Part shown: in pieces, positions 30,043-40,212 of the stretch | Position numbering within the stretch: the stretch's first letter is position 1 | Layout: every line of letters begins with the position of its first letter | Assembly: GCA_023428885.1 (NCBI GenBank) | Contig: JAEYWQ010000151.1 | Span: 1 to 58,448 of the forward strand | Reading direction: 5' to 3' | Origin: Bacillota bacterium | GTDB lineage: Bacteria > Bacillota > Clostridia > Lachnospirales > Lachnospiraceae | Length of the DNA stretch: 58,448 bases | The notes under the pieces: model-generated | What the model was told of the DNA's origin: nothing | What the model saw: only the letters and a program-made list of their open reading frames with translations | Databases searched by the model: none | Made by a program: the position numbers and the translations under genes

Positions 30043-30786
30043 TTATCGGTAATGCACGTCAACAAGGAAAAGTCCTTTTGCTTCTGCTGTAGCGCCAGCC
30101 AACTCACGATTTTTACTTTCAATAATGCCTAGGATATCACTTGCCTTTTTGTCTCCTAAGCCCACCTCTAATAGTGTCCCTACAATAATACGAACCATAT
30201 GTGGCCAGAAATCATCTCCATGAACTGAGATTACAATCTCTTTCTCATCAGCATACACATCTAAGGAGAATATCTCACGTTCAGTTGACTTTTTCATTCT
30301 CTTATTGTCAGAAAATGCCTTAAAGTCATGCTTTCCAAGGAAATACTTACTAGCTTCCTTCATTGCTTCCACATTCGGTTTCTTAAAACAATAGTAATGG
30401 TACTTTCTTTCAAAAACCGATGGAACCTCACCAATGGATATCTTATATTCGTACTCAAAAGATGCTGCATTAAAACTTGCATGGAACCTCTCTGGAACCT
30501 CCAAAGCTTCTAATACTGCAATATCACGTGGTAAGTAACGATTTAAGTACTGCTTAATTTCATATACTTTAAGCACTGAGTTTGTCTTAAAGTTCGCTAC
30601 TTGACGATATGCATGAACACCGGCTTCCGTTCTTGCTGCGCCAATCACATCTACAGGTCCTTCTTCCATTTTGGAAAGTACATCTTCAATCTTATCCTGG
30701 ATTGTGACGCTTGTTCGTCCTTCCTGTTTTTGCCAACCGTCATATCGAGAACCATCATATTCTATCACTAATTGAATGTTACGCAT
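30043..30786 (-). CDS. truA: TruA-family tRNA pseudouridine synthase homologue with catalytic Asp replaced by Glu
   Basis: IEYDGSRYDGWQKQ, ARTEAGVHA (normally GRTDAGVHA), GKHDFKAFS, MVRIIVGTL, GLFL. Start taken at MRNIQL. Confidence 0.85.
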   Translation of the reverse strand: MRNIQLVIEYDGSRYDGWQKQEGRTSVTIQDKIEDVLSKMEEGPVDVIGAARTEAGVHAYRQVANFKTNSVLKVYEIKQYLNRYLPRDIAVLEALEVPERFHASFNAASFEYEYKISIGEVPSVFERKYHYYCFKKPNVEAMKEASKYFLGKHDFKAFSDNKRMKKSTEREIFSLDVYADEKEIVISVHGDDFWPHMVRIIVGTLLEVGLGDKKASDILGIIESKNRELAGATAEAKGLFLVDVHYR

Positions 30787-30905
30787 GCATACTCCTTCTT
30801 TCTCTTCCTTGTTGCCCATATCATAAACTACTTAATCTCTCACAAGTGTACCATTCACACTCCAAAAATTCAACCAAAATTAGTCTGAAAGGACAAGAGC
30901 TCTTT

Positions 30906-30951
30906 AAAAAGGCTGTTACCTTAGTAAAGTACACTTACTAAGGTAACAGCC
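30906..30951 (-). terminator. terminator after mscL
   Basis: GGCTGTTACCTTAGTAA inverted repeat with a T tract on the minus strand. Confidence 0.8.
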
Positions 30952-30958
30952 CTTATCA

Positions 30959-31351
30959 TTAATTTTCTAATTCTGATGTACAATGTGCACATCTAGTTGC
31001 TTCTTTTGCAATGTCAGAGAGACAGTATGGACACTTCTTTGTTGTGACAACTGGAGGCTCTTCCTTCTTACGAAATCTATTAATTGCCTTGACTAGCAAG
31101 AACACAGAGATTGCTATCAACAAGAAGTTGATAATTGCCTGAATAAATGCACCGTAAAGAATAGTTGCATCGAATACTTTTATGGATAAACCAGAAAAGT
31201 CAATTCCGCCTAAGATAATTCCAAGTAATGGTGTTAAAATATCACCCACAAGTGATGTAACAATGGCAGTAAATGCACTACCAATAATAATACCCACAGC
31301 TAAATCAATCACATTACCTCGGGCGATGAATTTCTTAAATTCTTTAATCAC
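30959..31351 (-). CDS. mscL: large-conductance mechanosensitive channel with a C-terminal Zn-ribbon-like tail
   Basis: EFKKFIARGNVIDLAVGIIIGSAF, YGAFIQAIINFL; tail CPYC...CAHC. Probable GTG start. Confidence 0.95.
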   Translation of the reverse strand: MIKEFKKFIARGNVIDLAVGIIIGSAFTAIVTSLVGDILTPLLGIILGGIDFSGLSIKVFDATILYGAFIQAIINFLLIAISVFLLVKAINRFRKKEEPPVVTTKKCPYCLSDIAKEATRCAHCTSELEN

Positions 31352-31471
31352 ACTATCACACTCCTTTCTTATAATCATTGTAACTATTATGTCTTTTCAT
31401 TACAATGCAATTCCAATTTTAATCCAAATTATTTTAGCATGAATCAACTAAGTTGTCCATATTGCATTCCA

Positions 31472-31801
31472 TTATTTCTCTTGTATGACTTGATATATAT
31501 CTTGAAATAATCCAAATTTCTCTTGATATACATCCTCTCCATACAGCTCTCTCTTACCTGCATACTCCGTAAGAAAACTGGTATAAGCAACAAAGTTCAA
31601 GTGATTCATGAGCAGGTCTTTCCTCCCCATATCAAAATACTTCTTTACGATCTCCCAGTTGTGATCATTCATCATTACGACATCTGATTCATTTATTAGG
31701 TTCAGAGCTTCAATCAACTCTTCATAATCCTGTTTGATAAATAACTCTTTTAATTCTAAATCCTTTTCCAGTAATTCTTCTGTCATATGTCTTATCCTCA
31801 C
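31472..31801 (-). CDS. hypothetical protein
   Basis: 109-aa acidic helical ORF between recJ and mscL on the same strand. Confidence 0.65.
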   Translation of the reverse strand: MRIRHMTEELLEKDLELKELFIKQDYEELIEALNLINESDVVMMNDHNWEIVKKYFDMGRKDLLMNHLNFVAYTSFLTEYAGKRELYGEDVYQEKFGLFQDIYQVIQEK

Positions 31802-31834
31802 TATTCATTCCCTTTTAAATTCTTACACCCTAAT

Positions 31835-33613
31835 TTAGTTCTTGATTCTACAGTAATTTTGAATGACAATTTGAATGGTCTGCTTTCCCATATAATCGTT
31901 CACAGTTGGGTAGTAAGTAAAAGCTAAATCGATGGCATTGAACTTTCCTTGAAACATCTTACGACTTTCTTCTTCCCCGAACTCCTGCTCTACAAAGCCG
32001 AGGAACTCTTTGATATCGCCAAAGTATAAGGCCTCTATTGGGCATCCTACTTGGTTTGAAAGCATTAATTTTAATACATTTTGATTCTTTCCTAACACTT
32101 TCGCCTGCCGTATGGCAAAATGTTGTTCTGCAAAGATTGGTTTTACATTTCCTTTTCCGAATGGTTCTAGTAATTCTAGCTCTTCTAAAAATGTAAGAGA
32201 TAACTCTCCAACTGGCAGTGGAACATCAATACGCACGATTGGTACAAAGTCAGCCTCTGTGAGAGTCGTGTTCTCATTTAACCTCTTTCTTAAGGCCTCA
32301 AATTGATCAAATGGTAAAGATAAGCCGGCAGCCATAGGGTGACCACCAAACTTTCCTAATAAGTCTTTACATTTTATTAATTCCTCAAACATATTATAAG
32401 CTTCAATGGAACGACCTGAACCTTTAATCCCATGCTCAGTTTCAACACACACAATGGCTGGTTTATGATAATTTTCACGAAGACGCCCAGCAATGATACC
32501 AACTAAACTCTCATGAGTATCTTTTAGCAGCACTACAAGAACCTTATCATTTTTACGATCTGAATTCTCAATCAGTTCGATGGCTTGTTCCAAACCACGT
32601 AAAGTCATGTTCTTTCGTTCTTCATTCAATTCACGTAGCTTCTTTGCTAGTGTAATCGCTTCATTCTCATTCGTTGCCTGTAGCAAATCAAAGGCCATTG
32701 CTACTGTATTCAACCTACCAGCGGCATTAAAACATGGTCCAATGACAAAGCCAATGTGATAGGCTGATATTCTCTCCATTTGAATGGAACATTCATCAAT
32801 CAGTGCTCTTAATCCTATATTCTTAGTATTTCTTAATTGATTTAAACCATGTTTTACAATAATTCGATTCTCATCTACCAGATCCATAACATCTGCAACT
32901 GTTGCAATCGCCGTATATTCTAGTAATTCATAGGCTTCGTACTTGGATATGGAAAACTCTTCATATAGACAGAGAATTAATTTAAAAGCAATCCCAGCTC
33001 CACATAAGCCTTTGAAGGGATAAGGACAATTTGGCTGCTTGGGATTCACAATTGCATCTGCCTCAGGTAGAACATATCGGCGCTCACCAGAATCCATTTC
33101 TTCAAATCCTATCTCATGATGATCCGTAACGATGACTGTCATTCCAAGGGACTTTGCATAAGAAATTGCATCAAAGCCAGCGATCCCATTATCGCAAGTG
33201 ATCACTAAACTGCATCCTTCCTCAAAGGCATCATCTACTATTCGTCGATTCAACCCATAACCCTCAGTTACACGGTCAGGAGCATATAGGAACACCTCTC
33301 CTCCAACACGTGTAATCGCTTTATGTAGTATATAGCCGGAGATAATACCATCGTTGTCAAAATCAGTTCCAATTGCAATCTTTTTCTTACTTTGAATTGC
33401 AGAAATGATCATTCCTACTGCTTTTTCCATGTCCTTCATAAGTCTAGCATTATGTAACATTGATAAGTTACACTCTAAGTATCGGTTCATTTCCTCTATA
33501 CTTCGATATCCACGATTCACAATAATTCTTGCGAGTACTGGACTAATCCCTAATTGAGTCCCAATCTGTTGAAAATCTGCTCGCTTTGCTTCGAGGATCC
33601 ATTTTTCATTCAT
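31835..33613 (-). CDS. recJ: single-stranded-DNA-specific exonuclease RecJ
   Basis: DFDNDG, ITCDNG, VTDHH, ATVADVMDLVDENR, NAAGRL, KGSGRS, GGHPMAAG. Start taken at MNEKW. Confidence 0.96.
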   Translation of the reverse strand: MNEKWILEAKRADFQQIGTQLGISPVLARIIVNRGYRSIEEMNRYLECNLSMLHNARLMKDMEKAVGMIISAIQSKKKIAIGTDFDNDGIISGYILHKAITRVGGEVFLYAPDRVTEGYGLNRRIVDDAFEEGCSLVITCDNGIAGFDAISYAKSLGMTVIVTDHHEIGFEEMDSGERRYVLPEADAIVNPKQPNCPYPFKGLCGAGIAFKLILCLYEEFSISKYEAYELLEYTAIATVADVMDLVDENRIIVKHGLNQLRNTKNIGLRALIDECSIQMERISAYHIGFVIGPCFNAAGRLNTVAMAFDLLQATNENEAITLAKKLRELNEERKNMTLRGLEQAIELIENSDRKNDKVLVVLLKDTHESLVGIIAGRLRENYHKPAIVCVETEHGIKGSGRSIEAYNMFEELIKCKDLLGKFGGHPMAAGLSLPFDQFEALRKRLNENTTLTEADFVPIVRIDVPLPVGELSLTFLEELELLEPFGKGNVKPIFAEQHFAIRQAKVLGKNQNVLKLMLSNQVGCPIEALYFGDIKEFLGFVEQEFGEEESRKMFQGKFNAIDLAFTYYPTVNDYMGKQTIQIVIQNYCRIKN

Positions 33614-33727
33614 AATTACATTCCTCTTCTCTAACCTATTGACAAAACCTATAAAGATTTGACAACACCAAACTATCATTTAGTATAACAAAAGCGACGA
33701 CCCAAATCAATGAGTCGTCGCAAAAAT

Positions 33728-35989
33728 TTACTTTTGTTTTGCTATCTTAGTTACGTAGAAATACCATATAGTACCTGTGATACAGATGGAAGAGAAGGTT
33801 CCTGCCAAGATACCACCAATCAATGGAACTGCAAACTCTTTAATGGATGCCACACCAAGAATTGCTAATACGAAAACCATAATAAAGGTTGTTAAGTTGG
33901 TATTAATACTTCTGGAAACCGTCTGTCCAACACTGGTGTTGACGATATCTTTTAAAGAATCTTTCTTCAACTTGTCCTTCATATTTTCACGAACACGGTC
34001 AAAGGTTATGATAGTTGCATTGATGGAATAACCTAAGATCGTCAACAAGCAGGCGATAAATGTACTACTTACAGTTATTCTAAATACAGCATAAACTACA
34101 ACAACTACGAACACATCGTGAAGTAATGCTAGAATAGCACTAGATGCAAATCCTATATTCTTAAATCTGATCCAGATATAAATTAACATACAGATAGTCG
34201 CTACTGCAACTGCCCATATAGCATCTGATTTCATCTCGCCGCTTACAGTTCCGCTGATACTGTCACTGGTAATCAACTCAGGGTCAATCTTATAGTCACT
34301 AATTAAACGATCACTGAGTTTCTTAGCTTGCTCTTGCGATAATTCAGGTGTTTTTATAATATAAGAATTAGTATCCCTTACTGATACGATTTCTCCTACG
34401 ACACCAAGTTCACTTGTAACTAAAGTTTCTAAATCTCTACTAATATCAGCTGTAACTTCCTCTGGTAAAGTAACCTGGGTAGAAGTTCCACCTTTAAAGT
34501 CAAGACCATAAGCTAGAATTTCACCAGTCTTAGATTTATTTACTACTAAAGCACTGATACCGATCACTGTAATTACTACTACGATTGCAAAGAATTTACC
34601 TGCATTTCCAACGAAATCGAAGTACTTCTCTTTTTGCTTTTGAATTCCGTAATACTTTTCTTTGTCTAAGCCTAGATCATAGAAGGCACGAAGAATATAT
34701 TTTGTTACAAACAAAGCTGTAAACATAGATACAATAATACCAATTGCTAAGGTGATTGCAAAGCCCTTAACAGGACCTGAACCAAGTAGATACAATACAA
34801 CTGCAGCAATTAAGGTCGTAACATTACCATCAATAATCGCTGATAAGGCCTTATGAAATCCGAGTTTCATAGCTGAACGAACCGTTTTACCAGTACCGAT
34901 TTCCTCGCGAATACGTTGGAAGATGATAACATTCGCATCTACTGCCATACCTACTGAGAGGATAATACCTGCGATACCAGGTAAAGTTAAAGTTACTTCA
35001 AATATATTAATACATAAAATTACTAAGCCAATATATAGCACAAGAGCGATACTGGAAGCCAATCCTGGAACACGGTACCAGCATATCATAAACAATAAGA
35101 TGAGTACAAACCCGATTGCACCTGCCAATAAACTAGTATTAATTGCTTCTGCACCAAGTTTAGCACCTACTACGGTAGAACGAAGCTGAGTTAACTCTAA
35201 TGGAAGGGCACCAATACGAATAACGGATGCTAAATCTTGAGCTTCTTTCATATCTTCTTGTCCATCAATGGTTGCAACACCGTCAGTAATTGCAGACTTA
35301 ACACGTGGAGCACTCACAACATTATTATCATAAACAATAGCAATGCAACCACGGTAATCATTAGCATCAATCGTATTGTAATATTGAGTCGCATAGGTTG
35401 ATCCTTTTGCAAACTTGGTCTTACCTGATGCATTTAACGTAAGTTTTACCATATAATTAATTGAGCCTAATTCATCCTGATAATATACAGCTTCCGAATT
35501 GGCAATATCAGTACCATCGATTACCACATCGCCATCTGCTATGATTTCAGCCATTGTTCTGGTTAATTCATATGAGTTAGTGGCGTTATTGTATTGAATA
35601 TTTTGAATTCCCTTTTCACTTTCACCATAGATGAAATAAATAGTACCTGCCTTACCAAGACGTTCTAACACTTCATTAGCATCTGTAATATCAGGGATGT
35701 CCACATTAATACGATTATTTCCCTCCTGATATACGGCTGACTCTGTACTTTCTTCTTGAGCACGCAACTGCATCTTATAGATAGTATCATTCATTTCCTC
35801 TTGGGTTGGATTCTTCTTCGCAGTCTCGTAAGTAATACTTACACCACCTGCTAAGTCAAGTCCTAGTTTGACATCTTGTACACTGCCGATTTTGTTCGGT
35901 CCGATACCAAAGATGGCAACAATCGATATTACAGCAATAGCTAAGAAAACCAATAATAGACTTAGTATACCCTTACCTCTGTCCTTCAT
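33728..35989 (-). CDS. secDF: protein translocase subunit SecDF (fused)
   Basis: LGLDLAGG, GMAVDANVIIFQRIREE, GLDFKGG, GYSINATIITFDRVREN. Confidence 0.96.
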   Translation of the reverse strand: MKDRGKGILSLLLVFLAIAVISIVAIFGIGPNKIGSVQDVKLGLDLAGGVSITYETAKKNPTQEEMNDTIYKMQLRAQEESTESAVYQEGNNRINVDIPDITDANEVLERLGKAGTIYFIYGESEKGIQNIQYNNATNSYELTRTMAEIIADGDVVIDGTDIANSEAVYYQDELGSINYMVKLTLNASGKTKFAKGSTYATQYYNTIDANDYRGCIAIVYDNNVVSAPRVKSAITDGVATIDGQEDMKEAQDLASVIRIGALPLELTQLRSTVVGAKLGAEAINTSLLAGAIGFVLILLFMICWYRVPGLASSIALVLYIGLVILCINIFEVTLTLPGIAGIILSVGMAVDANVIIFQRIREEIGTGKTVRSAMKLGFHKALSAIIDGNVTTLIAAVVLYLLGSGPVKGFAITLAIGIIVSMFTALFVTKYILRAFYDLGLDKEKYYGIQKQKEKYFDFVGNAGKFFAIVVVITVIGISALVVNKSKTGEILAYGLDFKGGTSTQVTLPEEVTADISRDLETLVTSELGVVGEIVSVRDTNSYIIKTPELSQEQAKKLSDRLISDYKIDPELITSDSISGTVSGEMKSDAIWAVAVATICMLIYIWIRFKNIGFASSAILALLHDVFVVVVVYAVFRITVSSTFIACLLTILGYSINATIITFDRVRENMKDKLKKDSLKDIVNTSVGQTVSRSINTNLTTFIMVFVLAILGVASIKEFAVPLIGGILAGTFSSICITGTIWYFYVTKIAKQK

Positions 35990-36008
35990 CTTGTTACTTC
36001 CTCCTTAA

Positions 36009-37379
36009 TTAAGCATCCGCTTCTGCGGCTTTTATCATAATAGCACATTCGACACGTTTTCTCTGCAACTCACAGCCGATATCGTAGGCATCATTGATAT
36101 TTCCATGGAACTTATACGCGTTAGCAGCACAACCACCGCTACAGTAAAATTTAGCAAAACAGTCCTTACACTTACTCTTAGCATATACATTACAACACTT
36201 AAATTCATCACGAAGTTCGATAGCTTTCACGCCCTCATCCACATTACCCATCAAAAACTCTTCTTCTCCAACGAATTGATGGCATGGATAGAGATCCCCC
36301 CAAGGTGTCACTGCTAAGTACTCTGTTCCTGAACCACACCCTGATAAACGCTTTGCAACACATGGTCCTCCACTTAAGTCCAGCATAAAGTGGAAGAAAT
36401 TAAACCATTTACCTTCTTTTCTAGATTTGATAATATACTTTGCCAGGTTATCATACTCATCTTTAATCTTTAGTATATCTTCTTCTTTAATGGCATATTC
36501 TTCATCTGGTAAAGCAACTACAGGTTCTACCGAAATTTGCTCGAATCCAAGCTCTACAAGATGTTCTACATCCTTTGCAAAATCCAGATTATGATGAGTA
36601 AAGGTACCTCTCACATAATAATTCATTTGATTTCTACTTTCTGCAAGTTTTTGATACTTCGGAACAATTAGCTCGTAACTTCCCTTGCCTTTGCGAAATG
36701 GTCTCATAAAATCGTTTACTTCAGGACGACCATCGATACTAAGTACCACGTTGCTCATTTCCTTATTGGCAAACTCCATGATATCTTCATTTAGTAATAC
36801 ACCATTCGTGGTCAAGGTAAATCTAAATTTCTTATTATGAAGTTCTTCCTGACTTCTACCGTAAGCCACCAAATCTTTGACCACCTGGAAATTCATCAAA
36901 GGTTCTCCACCAAAAAAATCCACTTCAAGATTTTTTCTATTCCCTGAATTGGCAATTAAGAAATCCAGAGCCTTTCTACCAACTTCATAACTCATTAGGG
37001 CTCTACGTCCATGATATTCCCCTTCTTCTGCAAAACAATATCTACAGGCTAAGTTACAATCATGTGCAATATGAAGACACAGTGCTTTTACTACCGTCTC
37101 TCTCTTCTTAAAGCCATCAATATATTCTTCATAGATATCTTCTGTAAATAAGTTTCCATCTTGTTTCATCTGAAGAATAGCCTTATATATATCTTCAAAT
37201 TCCTCTTGAATCTGCTCTACATCACTGTATTGTTCTACAATCTTTTGTTTGATGTTTTCTTTACTCTCTTTTTCAAAAAGTGCGATCACGTCATAGGCGA
37301 TGTCATCTACCACATGAACCATACCGCTATTTACATCAAGTACGATATTGTATCCATTATTTTTGTACTGATGAACCAC
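36009..37379 (-). CDS. scfB: SCIFF radical SAM/SPASM maturase
   Basis: KALCLHIAHDCNLACRYCFA (CxxxCxxC), C-terminal SPASM cysteines; adjacent to scfA. Confidence 0.95.
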   Translation of the reverse strand: MVHQYKNNGYNIVLDVNSGMVHVVDDIAYDVIALFEKESKENIKQKIVEQYSDVEQIQEEFEDIYKAILQMKQDGNLFTEDIYEEYIDGFKKRETVVKALCLHIAHDCNLACRYCFAEEGEYHGRRALMSYEVGRKALDFLIANSGNRKNLEVDFFGGEPLMNFQVVKDLVAYGRSQEELHNKKFRFTLTTNGVLLNEDIMEFANKEMSNVVLSIDGRPEVNDFMRPFRKGKGSYELIVPKYQKLAESRNQMNYYVRGTFTHHNLDFAKDVEHLVELGFEQISVEPVVALPDEEYAIKEEDILKIKDEYDNLAKYIIKSRKEGKWFNFFHFMLDLSGGPCVAKRLSGCGSGTEYLAVTPWGDLYPCHQFVGEEEFLMGNVDEGVKAIELRDEFKCCNVYAKSKCKDCFAKFYCSGGCAANAYKFHGNINDAYDIGCELQRKRVECAIMIKAAEADA

Positions 37380-37463
37380 TGTGTTGCTCCTTTCAACTTA
37401 AAGCATTGCCAACTGGGTGTCGCATCTATATGTAACTATTTTCCATCCCCAGTCGTGCGTATC

Positions 37464-37512
37464 TTGGCACCTAGTGCCAATGTATAGGAAATACAATGTA
37501 TTCCTATACATT
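37464..37512. repeat. twin-hairpin repeat family, copy A
   Basis: TTGGCAC-cta-GTGCCAA followed by AATGTATAGGAA...TTCCTATACATT. Confidence 0.6.
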
Positions 37513-37623
37513 AAATAAGCAGCGACATTTCGACGCTGCTTACAACTAGCTTATTACAATCTTGTGTCTAAATGTTACGTATGTAACTTATCAGATCCTT
37601 GAGAATCCACGCAAAGGATTTGC

Positions 37624-37767
37624 CTATCTGTTATTCTCACAACTTTGATTACCAACAGTACAAGATGTCTTACATGCAGACTGGCAAGATGTTTGACATT
37701 CGCCACATCCACCCTTCTTCATTGTATCCTTTAAGTTCTTAGTGTTTAATGTCTTGATATGTTTCAT
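37624..37767 (-). CDS. scfA: six-cysteine ranthipeptide SCIFF precursor (47 aa, absent from the ORF track)
   Basis: Translated by hand: MKHIKTLNTKNLKDTMKKGGCGECQTSCQSACKTSCTVGNQSCENNR, preceded by AGGAGG. Confidence 0.97.
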   Translation of the reverse strand: MKHIKTLNTKNLKDTMKKGGCGECQTSCQSACKTSCTVGNQSCENNR

Positions 37768-37978
37768 ATCTACATCCTCCTAATATCAATAGCTTTTGAT
37801 ATTATAACATAGCTATATAAAAATTCCAAATATTTTTTTTATAATATTGAAATTTTTAGCATACAATACAAGCCTAATATTTTTTAGCATTGCCTCTTGA
37901 ACCATATTAAATAGAATGTTATAATGTGTGATATAGTTTAGAATACTAGATGAAGTGAACAGTTAAGGAGCGTATGTC

Positions 37979-38842
37979 ATGCGAGAGTATATTATATCTA
38001 CTGATTCTACTGCAGATTTGCCGAAAGATTATCTAAAAAAACATAAGATCTTTATTCATCCTCTATATTATAATATTGATGGGGAAGTGTACGGTGATGA
38101 GCTCATTCTTAGCCCTGAAGAATTCTATGCAAAGATGCGTACAGGTATCATGCCAACTACGATGGCTTCAAATCCAGAATTTGTTCATGCTGCATTTACA
38201 AAACAAGTAGAAGAAGGCTTAGATGTACTTCATATTAGCTTCTCTTCTGCACTTAGTGGAAGCTGCAGCAATGCAACTGTCACTGCTCGTGAAGTGTGCG
38301 AGGAGCACCCAGAGGCTAGAATCACGGTAATTGATTCCTGTGCTGCTTCTTTAGGGCAAGGTCTCTTAGTTCACAAAGCTGTGATGTTAAAAGAACAAGG
38401 AAAATCCATGGATGAAGTCATTTCCTGGATCGTTAATAATAAAGATCATATCTGTCATCAGTTCACAGTCGATGATTTATTCCACCTACACCGCGGTGGT
38501 CGTGTTTCTAAAACATCGGCAATTATTGGTACCTTAATCCAGGTTAAGCCAATACTACATGTGGATACAGAAGGACGTCTTATACCACTTTCTAATGTTC
38601 GGGGTCGTAAGAAAGCTTTGACGAAACTAGTTGATAATATGGAAGAGAAAATTGAAGGCTTTGAAAATGATATCGTTTTTATTAGTCATGGTGATTGTCT
38701 TGAAGATGCTCAATTTGTAGCCGACTTAATCAAAGAACGTTTTGGTATTCAGAATGTGGTAATTAATTTTACAAGTCCAACCATTGGTTCTCATTCTGGG
38801 CCTGGTACAGTTGCTCTCTTCTTCATGGGTAAAGAGAAATAG
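37979..38842 (+). CDS. DegV family fatty-acid-binding protein (FakB-like)
   Basis: STDSTADL, SSALSGS, HRGGRVSK, IGSHSGPG. Confidence 0.95.
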   Translation: MREYIISTDSTADLPKDYLKKHKIFIHPLYYNIDGEVYGDELILSPEEFYAKMRTGIMPTTMASNPEFVHAAFTKQVEEGLDVLHISFSSALSGSCSNATVTAREVCEEHPEARITVIDSCAASLGQGLLVHKAVMLKEQGKSMDEVISWIVNNKDHICHQFTVDDLFHLHRGGRVSKTSAIIGTLIQVKPILHVDTEGRLIPLSNVRGRKKALTKLVDNMEEKIEGFENDIVFISHGDCLEDAQFVADLIKERFGIQNVVINFTSPTIGSHSGPGTVALFFMGKEK

Positions 38843-38858
38843 GATGTACCCTTATCAC

Positions 38859-38914
38859 GGCACGGAGTGCCTTTAAATCATAGGACATTGCGTAGCAATT
38901 TCCTATGATTTAAA
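38859..38914. repeat. twin-hairpin repeat family, copy B
   Basis: GGCAC-gga-GTGCC plus TTTAAATCATAGGA-cATTGC-gta-GCAATt-TCCTATGATTTAAA. Confidence 0.75.
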
Positions 38915-38943
38915 AAAGTGTCTGCATAAGCAGACACTTTTTT
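38912..38943. terminator. bidirectional terminator between degV and corA
   Basis: AAAAAAGTGTCTGC-ataa-GCAGACACTTTTTT. Confidence 0.85.
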
Positions 38944-38946
38944 AGT

Positions 38947-39888
38947 TTATAACAATTTTCTTTTCTTTAACACAAATAAGGTAATAATGCAAATGATTAA
39001 TGTAATCATACATACAATGCCAAATCCAAATTGACTAGATGCAAAAGGAACACTCTCAGGACTGACATTCATACCATACAAACCAGATATAATCGTAGGT
39101 ATGGACATGACAACAGTGATCGAGGCTAACAACTTCATAACTGTATTCAAGGTATTATCAATAACAGAGGCAAATAATTCCCGCGTACCATTGATAATAT
39201 CACGATAGATACCACTCATCTCGATTGCCTGCTTATTCTCTATAATAACGTCATCTAATAAATCTCGATCTTCCGGATAAGACTTAATCTTCTCGGTACG
39301 TGTCAGTTTGTCCAAAACAACACCATTCACACGAAGAGAAGTTGCAAAGTAAACTAAAGTCGTTTCTAATTCATGTAATTCAATTAACTCACTATTCTTT
39401 GTATTCTTGCTAAGTCTTGCCTCAATTTCTTCTCTTTTACGATTTATAGAACGAAGACAGGTCTGGTAAACAGAAGTACCACTATAAAGAATCTGATATA
39501 AAAACCTGCTTTTTTTCGCTGTACTAAATTCTTTTACCTTATCTGTAATGAAGGGTTTTAGTACCACTGTATCTTCCAAGCATACAGTAACTATGACACT
39601 TTCATGGACAATGATTGCAAGTGGCATGGTGGTAAAAGCTTCATTGCCATGGCGAACTTCTTTGGTTACAACGTCAATTAAGACCAGGGTATATTTGTTT
39701 GCAACTTCAATACGAGAAGCCTCTTCATCATCCAGTGAGGCCTTCATATCATTGGTTTCAATCCCAGTTTTCTTAGCTACATAAGCAATTTCTTCGGGAG
39801 AGGGGTTTGTTAAATTAATCCACACATTATCTTCGATCTCATCCATCTGTTTTAGCACGCCATCAAAAGTCTTAAAAATTCGAAGCAT
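38947..39888 (-). CDS. corA: CorA family Mg2+/Co2+ transporter
   Basis: WINLTNP, LVYFATSL, two C-terminal TM helices with YGMN. Confidence 0.92.
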   Translation of the reverse strand: MLRIFKTFDGVLKQMDEIEDNVWINLTNPSPEEIAYVAKKTGIETNDMKASLDDEEASRIEVANKYTLVLIDVVTKEVRHGNEAFTTMPLAIIVHESVIVTVCLEDTVVLKPFITDKVKEFSTAKKSRFLYQILYSGTSVYQTCLRSINRKREEIEARLSKNTKNSELIELHELETTLVYFATSLRVNGVVLDKLTRTEKIKSYPEDRDLLDDVIIENKQAIEMSGIYRDIINGTRELFASVIDNTLNTVMKLLASITVVMSIPTIISGLYGMNVSPESVPFASSQFGFGIVCMITLIICIITLFVLKKRKLL

Positions 39889-40036
39889 ATATCTTACCTC
39901 CCTGTCTTGTTGTCTTTACACCTAAACCTAATTATAATAACCTAATTAATAATTTACAAGATGGCACTAAAAATATCCATGATGACCGACTTTCGCTGGT
40001 TTGTGTGATAATACTATACCCGTTTGTGGCATTAAT

Positions 40037-40088
40037 GCACGAAGTGCCATTCAATCATGGGGAACTGCACGTAATTTCCTATGATTGA
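40037..40088. repeat. twin-hairpin repeat family, copy C
   Basis: GCAC-gaa-GTGC plus TCAATCATGGGGAA...TTTCCTATGATTGA. Confidence 0.7.
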
Positions 40089-40212
40089 GCTGATAGGGTA
40101 ACAGCCCAGTTTCATCAACTGATCTGTTACCCTATTTTCTTAACAAGCATGCCACATTCTGCCTTAGCTTGCTACACCTTATATATATTACTCCAAACTT
40201 TTTTAAATAATT

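Noticed and set aside
39889..40036. M-box (ykoK) Mg2+ riboswitch upstream of corA
   Set aside because: I could not find the conserved M-box segments; the nearby hairpins belong to the repeat family and the ABC exporter terminator.
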